A DNA stretch of 48,052 nt. It comes from Octopus bimaculoides. Lineage: Eukaryota. The translations under genes were made by a program, and so were the position numbers. Within the stretch, counting starts at the first letter, position 1. Each line of letters opens with the position of its first letter. The notes beneath the pieces were generated by a model. That model was not told the DNA's origin. It worked only from the letters and a program-made list of their open reading frames with translations, and ran no database searches. The stretch is taken from the NCBI RefSeq assembly GCF_001194135.2, contig NC_068985.1:106831104-106879155 (forward strand). The letters run 5' to 3'. Below are positions 39,197 to 48,052 of the stretch, one piece after another.

Positions 39197-40415
39197 GCAT
39201 GTGTTTACATTCTGTTCTCCTGCAAAAACCTTAAACTAAATATTGGTGATGTTTGCTGACATACTCAGTCAAAATAAAAACATGCTGTAGATGAGTGCAA
39301 TAAAATAATCCTGGCATGAAAAACAGGTAAGAGTTAGCAACAGGGAGGACCTCCAGCTGTAAAACGACATATCAATAGCGTGTTTTCATACAATCCATGC
39401 TAACATGGAAAAATGGATGCAATATAAATATAAAATAATAAATATGAAATAATAGAATAAAAACAAATAGCGAAATCAGTTACAAAACAACAAAGAAAAA
39501 CACAATAGGATGAATAAGATATTTGTTTCACACTTGCAAGAAAAGTGTACTTTGGTGTTTTTAGAAGTTAGTGCTTCTTCTGAATGAAAAGGAGATGAAG
39601 GAGAAACATGGGGAGGGCAAGGAAGATAGTGTATGTGCAAAATTATAACAAAAATTGTGGGAAAAAAGAGATGTGGGGTGAAAAGCTATAAGTCAGAAAG
39701 GAAAGTGTGCACAGGAGTATAAGTACTTGCATGTGTTAGTACAAATTAGGTGAAATTAGTGTGAGTAAGGGTGAATGTTGAGGTCTGTTTGTATGTATGT
39801 ATGTGTGCCTGTTTTCATCTGTTGTGTGAATGCATGTGTATGAGACTGTATGAACTTGTGTGTATGTGCATATGTGTGAACATATATATATATATATATG
39901 TCGGGTGCTGTACATCAGAATCTAAGTGCAATGTCAATACCATTTATTTGCAAGTGAGTGTGTGTACACACACAAGGATGTCCATATGAAAATATGCACA
40001 TACTTGTGCATATGAAAATACAAATAAATGTTTGAATGAGTAACATGAAGAAATGAGTGTGTATCTGCTTGAGTGGGTGCAGGTTTGTATTGTGTTTTGT
40101 GTGCTTGAGTAAATTTGATAGCATTAATGTAAATTAACTTTTTTATATTTTTGTATATGCACAAATCATAGACAGGTCTAAATGAAATTACAGCCCAAGT
40201 GCACCCCTGTATGCAAATTGTAGTGGTGTGTCAGTATCTGAGTGAATCAAATAGTGTCAATTAAAGAATATGCATGTGCAACCAAAAAGCTGCATTTTGT
40301 TGGTACAAGTGTGTAAAGCAATTTCACATTTAGATCAAGGAATAACATTAGTATGCATAGTGTTGTGCTTTGTGCATGTGTAAATCAAATAGCAATGTGT
40401 GTGTGAGAGAGAGAG

Positions 40416-40501
<86 letters not shown>

Positions 40502-41551
40502 GAAAAAGGCATTTTATGTGTATGTGAAATTCAGGTGAATACCAGGAAAGGCATGCTAAGTATGGAAAAGTTAAATTCAAGAGTATGAAACCTGAAGTGT
40601 GTGTGGTTACAGTATTAGAAACACTGTGAAAAAGAGGATGAAGCTAAAGTGGAGAGGTTCAATACAAAGGGTTGGAAAAAGATGAAGAGGCCGAAGATGT
40701 GTTTGTGTAAGTGGTGCAAATGTGTCAATGTAACTTTATAGCAGTATGTTTGTAGTTAGTGATTGGAAAATAGAAGAAAAAGAAGAAAGGAACTAAATGC
40801 ACATTGTTTTAGAGCAAATAGTTTGAGGATGGATGCTTGTGTGTTGGTGTGTAAATAAGTTTGTAAGCATATACATCAAGGACGTTGCATATGTGGTGAT
40901 GTAATTAGATAGGATAGTGTACCAGGTAAACTGCATTTTTGGTATATGTGCATGTGATTCAAATACATGTTAGTTAAAAAGAAAAAGAGTGCATGTGTAC
41001 ACCCATGAAAGGGGACAGAAATGGACAAAGTGAACTGTGTGTGTAGGTGATGTGAGTGTGAATGTGAAGGATGTTTATGGAAGGTCAGATGCCAAGGAAG
41101 AAGGGAGTGTCATATGCATCATGAAGTTTGAAGGTGGCTATTGGTATGTATGCATGTAAAAGTATGTCAAGTGGGGTATGTCAAGCTTTTGTCTTATCTG
41201 GAAGAAGGGTGTAAAAAAACTGATGTTCAAGTCCAAGCTGAATAGCAAGAAGCATTGAATGGAATGCTTGATGAAGCAGAAATGCTGAATGATAGGTGGC
41301 CTGTTGCCAACCCAAATTTCTCTGAGATATTCTACAAAACCTGAGATAGACAGCAGCCTGTTTCCCTAGCATAAATTGAACTGAAAAAATGGAAAACAGG
41401 ACAAGTAAACACAGAAAAGACCTTTCATCAGTTGTCGGCTTTCTATCTACTCCTTGCACATTTTACTCGTTTTTCCCTCGTTTGTTTACATATTTCATGT
41501 TATTTGCACCATTGGTAACATCCTGTACCCATATATGCATGTGCATGTATG

Positions 41552-41602
<51 letters not shown>

Positions 41603-42294
41603 TGATTTGGCTGCTGATTCTGATCTTGTGTAAGCCATCCGGTCTTGTACTAATCCGTAAGATAGTAGAATGATAAAAAGAAAGTTCTTGATACAGTATA
41701 ATATATTTGAGAAAATGAGTAGAGATGGTGTTTTGGGGGATAATTTTAATTTTAATAATAATGTTTACAGTGAGTGACACATTATTCTATTGTTGTTTCA
41801 TGTGGCTTGTTTGGGTCTATGATTTGGTCTCTGGCGAGACTGAAAAACACCTGGAATAGCATATTCAGTAAACGAAAATAAGCATATTAGAGAGCCCTAA
41901 AAAGTGAAAAACCTAGTCAACACATATGAATAGTGGGGGAGCAAAGAAGAAGTAATACTCCCAAGAAAATTTCCTATCAAAGAAAAAACGTTGAAACCAA
42001 GTGAAGAAACAACGATTTACCTCAATTTAGCACTACAGGGATTTGAAGCTGAAATCACACTACTTCGCCTTAGAGTAACAAACTTCCAAAAGAAATTTTT
42101 TTTTAAATATGACACCTGTATACATGAAGAAATTAACAAAAGAAGCAGTGGAAGTATCCAAAAAAAAACTTCTAGACATGTGGAAAACTGACACCACCAG
42201 AGAAGAGACGGAGAGTAAGAAGATCTTGGAATCAAAAATTTTCTGGCTACAAGAATACAAAAACATCTATGGGGAAAAACTAGATAAGACCTAA

Positions 42295-43975
42295 ATACCT
42301 TGTTCTTATGTAAGATGCAATGGACAGTACCCTTGGTACTATGCAGTGGCGACCTGTGCGGGCATTCGTATAGTACTCGATGCCAAAGTCTGGTACTTCC
42401 AATATTTTCTATATGGAAATTATTACATATCTCTCCAGCCTGCGCTCCAAGGAGTAGAGACTTAGTGCCTTCAGTCGCTCCATGTGGTTCATCTGCTGGA
42501 CTATGGCGACCTTTTTTGTATAGTGATGCTGAATTGCCTCAAGTTGTGTTGTTAGCTTGACACTGTGTGGTGACCACAACTGAAAGCAATAGTCTGCATG
42601 ACTCAGAACAAATGTCTTCCATAGAGTCAACATGACTTTTTGATCCATTGTTCTGAATGTACTCAGTATCCACCCTGCCAGTTGACTGCACTTTGCTGTC
42701 AACTCGACAATGTGCATGTGAAATGATGCATCACTACATGTGCTGATGCCCAGGTCTCTCACTGTTTGTGGTTCTAGGATTGCAGTACCTCCAGGTCCTG
42801 TGTATGCCAGTTGGGGGGCACTTGTGGTCTTGTAGCGCAGTACTTGACATTTTTTAGCATTGAACCGCATATTATTTTGCTCTGCCCATTTGTATATTGC
42901 ATTTAGGTAATTCTGCAGGCTTATGACATCATCAGGATTCTTTATGGCCTGAGATAGTTTTGTGTCATCAGCATAGCTAGTGACAATGGCTGTCCAAGTG
43001 ACCGTGGGCATGTTCAGAAGGGCTACTATGAACAGTAGTGGCCCCAGGACAGTTCCTTGTGGAACACTGCTCAATATCTGCATTTCCCTAGATAATTCTC
43101 CAATGGCTGCAACTGTCTGACTTCTACCATTCAGGAAGTCATGCAGCCACTCTCCTAATTTACCAGCTATGCCAAGGTTTCGCAGCTTGTGACATATCAT
43201 GCTATGATCAACTTTGTCAAAGGCCTTTGCAAAGTCGAGATATATCACATCAACATTTGAATGGTCAAGTAGCTGCTTCAGGACCCAGTCATAATACTGC
43301 AAGAGTTGCGTGAGTCAGCTTCTACCTGGACAGAAACCATGCTGGGTCTCATTCAGCAAGTCATTTTCTTCTAGGAACGCAATCAGCCTCCTTCTGACAA
43401 GTCGTTCCATGACTTTGCTAATATGTGAAGTCAGAGAGATGGGCCTGTAGTTCCCAACCTCTGCTCTGCTTCCACCTTTATGGATAGGACATATGATATC
43501 TTCCTTCAGCTTTTTGGGAAGTTTACCTCTTGCAAGGAAACTCTGGAAAAGTATCTGGAGTGGTCCCGCTAATTCTTGTTTACATAACTTTAGGACAGCT
43601 GGGAAACCATCAGAGCCAGTTGCCGAATTTGAGCTCATTTCGTTTATGGCCGCTATTACATCTTCCTCTTCAATATCAATGTAGGTAATGGATGCAGTCT
43701 TTTTCTGCTGAGTGATATTGTCAAAGAAATCAGCTGGCTTCTTTATCTGCATGTAACTCAGAGAAGTGAAAACACTCTTGAATTGCGCACTGAGCACTTC
43801 ACTTATCCATTTGGGGTCCGCAGTCAGTGAGCCATTAGGCAGGAATAGGAGTCTTATTTTGTACTGTGCCGTGGCAGTCTCCTTTGAAAATCTATAAGAA
43901 AGCTTTGGGCTTTATTTTTATGCTTTCTACTGCTCTCTTCTTCTTCTCTGTTCTCTCCATTCCATGGGTGAGTTT
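42295..43975 (-). mobile_element. CR1-type LINE reverse transcriptase, truncated at both ends
   Basis: ORFs 43315..43797 and 42409..43302 share one frame, split by a single TGA (GRS*LTQLL). Motifs NYRPISLTS, QHGF, YLDFAKAFDKVDH, VPQGTVLGPLLF, YADDTKL, NNMRFNAKKC, YCFQLWSP. Confidence 0.93.
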
Positions 43976-44321
43976 AATTTTGTTTTCTATTATTTATACG
44001 CAAGTGCTAGTTATTGCATGGCAATCTCGCAACTGAGTGTTGTATATGGGCGGGGGAAAAAAGTAGTTTATCTTTGATTTATACGGCAAATAAAGTGGAG
44101 AGGATACGAAATCAACAGACATCAGCTGGTAAACATTCCAGTATATCCATTTATTTCAATGTATTATATGAATACATACACATCTATTAGTGGTACAGAT
44201 TATCAAATACAAAGAGTTGGTAATTGCAAAAACAAGGGTGTGGAAGCATATAATCATATAGGAACAGGTGATTAATTGAGTAAATGAGGAAATGAACAGA
44301 ATATATACATATACATATATA

Positions 44322-46260
44322 TAGTTGGAATTTACAGATAAACAAAAGATGAATAAACAACAAACAGGTTTATTAGTTTAACGCTCAGGAAGGTGAGAAA
44401 GTCTTTTACATTTCGAACCTACAAGGAACACGAAAAGAATAAAAAAAGCTTTAGCAGTTAGCAGTCAATCATGGCAGCTGGCTGGACAGAGTTGGTTAGA
44501 CAGGTCAGCTAGGAAGAAGGGGAGATAATAAAGTACTGGTGACCCCAAATTGAAGGAGCGCATGCGTGTATGCAAGAGTGTGTGTGTGTGTGTGTGTGTG
44601 CATGTGGACAGGAGCTGGTGACCTTAATGTGTATATGTGCGAGTGTGTGTGCGTCTGTAATGAGTGGGTGTGTGGATGATGGTGTGGCTGCTGGGAAGTG
44701 ATCAGTGCTAGTGTGTGTGCAGTGGTGTGTGGTGAGTTGTATTGTGGTTTGGTGGTATGGTGTGTGATGGTGTATGGCCTGGTGTGGTGGTGTGTCATGT
44801 GGTGATGTTGGGGTGTGGGGATGCAAGGATGGGATGTGGGGATGCGAGGATGGGATGTGGGGATGTGAGGGTGGGATGTGGGGATACGAGGGTGAGGTAT
44901 GTGGGAGTTAGATGTGTTGGGATGGTGGGGTTGGGATGTGAAGAGGTTGGGGTGTGGATGGAGGGGGTAACGATGACGGGAGAAGGCGGGTAGGAGTGAA
45001 GACAGGAAGCTGGTGTCAGGGCAAGAGAGGAGAGGTAGGTAGGAGTGAAGAGAGGAAGTAGGTGAGAGATGAAGAGAGGATAGATGAGGGGAGTCAGATG
45101 AAGAGGGGAGTTGAGCCCATGTGGCACAAAGGAGTGAAGAGAGAAGATTAATTCCTGTTCACAGCAAAGGCGGGAGTCCAGAAGGCCCCTGTGCAAAAAC
45201 ATTCCAAAGACAAATAGGTGTTGTAATGAATGACCAGTAGAGCAGAAATGGCACTAGACCGGGATGTCGTTACCAAGTCTAATGTCTCAGAGGTATTCCG
45301 CGAACTAGTCATCCAAGCAGCATCCCGTTTGACCGATGTACAGAGAAGAGCAGAAAGAGCAGGAGATGCAGTAAATGTCATTGCTAGAAGTACATGTAAA
45401 GGAGTCAGTGATATGCAAGGGACAATGATGGGTGCCTGTGAGGATGGTGGAATTGAAGCGGTAAGAGCAATTGCAACAGCGTGAGTGGGGGCAGGGGAAC
45501 AAGCCAGATTGAGAGGTTGGGTTAGGGAAGAAACTGTGGACCAGAAGGTTACATTGGTTGTGGGCTCATTTGAAGGAGTGGAGGGGTAGGTTGGGGAAGA
45601 TATGCAAAGCGGAGAGGTCGGACTGGAGTCACCAGAAGGCTCCGAGAATGGTGCGTTGGAGAGGACAGGTGGAGGAGGTAGGTGAGGAGAAATGGGAGAT
45701 GGGTAACGACAGGGCAGGTATGAAGAGGGAGAGCAGAGGCACAGTCCATGGAATGTGCCCTGGCAAGGGCGGTGTGGATAGTCATGAGGGAATATCCACG
45801 AGGGATGAAGTGGCGAGCCATGATTTGAGACTCAGTCTCAAAGTCATGGTTGTCATTGCAGAGCCTGTGCAAATGGAAGAATTGGGAGTAGGGGATGGAG
45901 AGCTTGGTGTGGGTAGAGTGGGAGGAGGAGAAGTTGAGGTATGAGGATGAGTCTGTGTGTTTGTAGTGAATGGATAAGGTGAGTGTGGAGTGGTGTATGG
46001 TGACCGAAATGTCGAGAGACGTAACGAAAGTGTTGGAAATGGTGCTGGAGAATTCAAGGGTAGGATGGAAAGATTGGACAAAAGAGCAGAAGAAGTCTAG
46101 TTGTTCGCAGGAGAGCGAGGATGCACTGATACAGTCATCAATATAACAACCATATAGTTCGGGAGTGGGACCATGTGAATCTTGAAAATATTTGGGCCTC
46201 AACATAGCCAATGAACAGGTTCGCATACTTTGAGCCCATTCTCGTTCCCATAGCCACTCC
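44322..46260 (-). mobile_element. Penelope-like element (RT + Cys-rich linker + GIY-YIG), 5'-truncated, with long 3' UTR
   Basis: GVAMGTRMGSKYANLF, ELYGCYIDD, LDI..IHYKHTD..YL..SSH..SIPYSQ (RT); CPHSRCCNC..FTCTSSNDIYCISCSFCSSLYIGQT (linker + GIY-YIG); CEQELIFSLHSFVPHGLN; both ends abut (TA)n. Confidence 0.92.
44810..44893 (+). repeat. 21-bp G-rich minisatellite, 4 units
   Basis: Units start at 44810, 44831, 44852, 44873; consensus gggatgtggggatgcgaggat. Confidence 0.9.
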
Positions 46261-46378
46261 TATATATGTACATATATANNNNNNNNNNNNNNNNNNNNNN
46301 NNNNNNNNNNNNNNNNNNNNNNNNNNNNNNNNNNNNNNNNNNNNNNNNNNNNNNNNNNNNNNNNNNNNNNNNNNNNNN

Positions 46379-46562
46379 GATAGATAGATAGATAGATAGA
46401 TAGGTAAGTAGGTAGGTAGGTAGGTAGAAAGGCAGATAGGTAGGCAGTTATGTAGCTAGGTAGGTAGAGAGGCAGGTAGGCAGGCAGGCAGGCATGTAGG
46501 CATGTAGGTAGGTAGGTAGGTAGGTAGGTAGGTAGGTAGGTAGGTAGGTAGGTAGGTAGGTG
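46379..46562. repeat. (GATA)n/(AGGT)n/(AGGC)n tetranucleotide tract
   Basis: Read directly; explains the LPTY-repeat ORFs. Confidence 0.95.
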
Positions 46563-47000
46563 GGCAGTATACAGAGAGGGTGTGAGGTGAGCAATGGTAA
46601 GGAATCATCAGCAAAGGCCTCTCTGACCTCCACTCAGACAAACGGTATGAAGCTTAAGAAAAAGTAGGAACGTTTAAGATAGAGAGAAATTGCAAGAGAT
46701 AAAAAAGGGTGGCAGGGCAAGATGATGAAAAAAAAATGTGCAAAATAAAATACACGAAAATTTAAAAGGCAAACACATATCAGAGGTGAGTGAGAGAGAA
46801 AGAGAGGTAGTGTGAGGAAAGAGAGAGAGAGAAAAAACAGAGACAGGTGAATAAAATCGAGAATCTATTTTGAAATAATGACAACTATCTCTGCCAAAAC
46901 CGCCATTAACTCAGATCTTTGAGGGTAAAAATCTGAAATCTAATGCGATAAGCCAGACCTATTTCGTACGCACGTCAGTGATTGTATGAACGTATATGTA

Positions 47001-47055
<55 letters not shown>

Positions 47056-48052
47056 ATGTGTGTGTGTGCATGATGTGTATGTATGTTTAGGATTAAGATT
47101 GTTATTTAAAATAACTAAATATTGAAAAGAACGAATCCTTATTATAGACATTTTATTCAATTTTGTCACCATCATTGTAAAAATGTTGAGTTGGGGCGAA
47201 CACGAAATATTGTGCAACAGACATACACACAAAAACGATATATCGTATGTATATGTAGGGTTTTTTTCCTTCTTCTTTTTTGCTACATGTGGAGAAGCAT
47301 GATCACCACAAAGTCCTACTTTCATCTCAAATACAAATGGCAGAATACGAAGAGTTCTTACAAGAAAAAAAAAATAGGCTAGCGGAGGTATATAAAGGTA
47401 TGATGATGAAGATGAAGATGATCTTACTGGAATTTTTGTTGTTTTTTAATCGTGTTTGTTTAAACAAAATACAGATTCCAACTAGAGAGGAGAATAAATA
47501 TGTTAAAAGAAGAGAAAGGAAAATGAAGAAGTGGTGGTGGTGGTGGGGGAATGGTTATATGCTAAAAGCTGGTGTGACGAGAAATGGTATATGGCAAAGG
47601 TAGATGATTGACGATGATGATGATGAGGTGATGACGAGGAAGCTGGTTTGTGGTAATGAATTTGACAACGATTGTGAAATAAAGAAGTCGAGTGAGTGGT
47701 GGTTTGGTGCTGTCGTCGTTGGAATGTCTCAATATAACATATTTTTTCACCTTCTTCCTACTTTTATTTCGCCTGGTCACACACACACGCCTTTAGACAC
47801 GCATAATCAGAGACATACACATATACACACACACCACCCACCTTTTCAAATGTAAGAAAGTCTCATAGCAACAGATTCCGTAAGAGCTAGAACATGTCCT
47901 ATCTTCCTCCCCGCCCCAATTACAACTCTTCATATATAATCAAATATTTTACACACACGTTACATGTGTATATACATGCATACATAAACATATGTGTGTC
48001 TGTCTGTGTATACACATACGCATATATATATTCATATATATATATATATATA

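Noticed and set aside
43880-43900. ag|ATTTTCAAA resembles the start of CaMKII exon 3 (DFQK)
   Set aside because: It continues as FQRRLP and lies within the CR1 element.

Overview
AT-rich, microsatellite-dense eukaryotic DNA with eight N-gaps. The repeat landscape (RTE, CR1 and Penelope retroelements, tRNA-derived SINEs with (GAT)n tails, Tc1/mariner) suggests a coleoid cephalopod, probably Octopus; this is inference, not a database result. The one host coding feature I can support is a 95-bp minus-strand exon at 37058-37152, which the ORF track misses. It encodes (K)[31 protein letters not shown](D), the second coding exon of CaMKII, with canonical splice signals. I found no flanking CaMKII exons, so the rest of the window appears to be two very large introns of this gene (>37 kb downstream, >10.9 kb upstream). 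These introns hold two TIR-to-TIR DNA transposons (a Tc1-like element with DD36E spacing and a DD34D mariner), several RTE fragments with an embedded PHD-like finger, a CR1-type RT, two kinds of Penelope-like remnants, many SINE copies, and several foldback or palindromic elements. I did not find a convincing new biological system. The best leads are the DD36E Tc1 element, a 134-bp ~90%-identical intronic foldback (candidate ADAR substrate), an apparent CpG depletion-to-retention transition toward the 5' end of the gene, and an apparent local inversion that split one RTE copy. Most ORF-track entries are microsatellite or N-gap artefacts. Boundaries of degenerate repeats and all counts are by eye.
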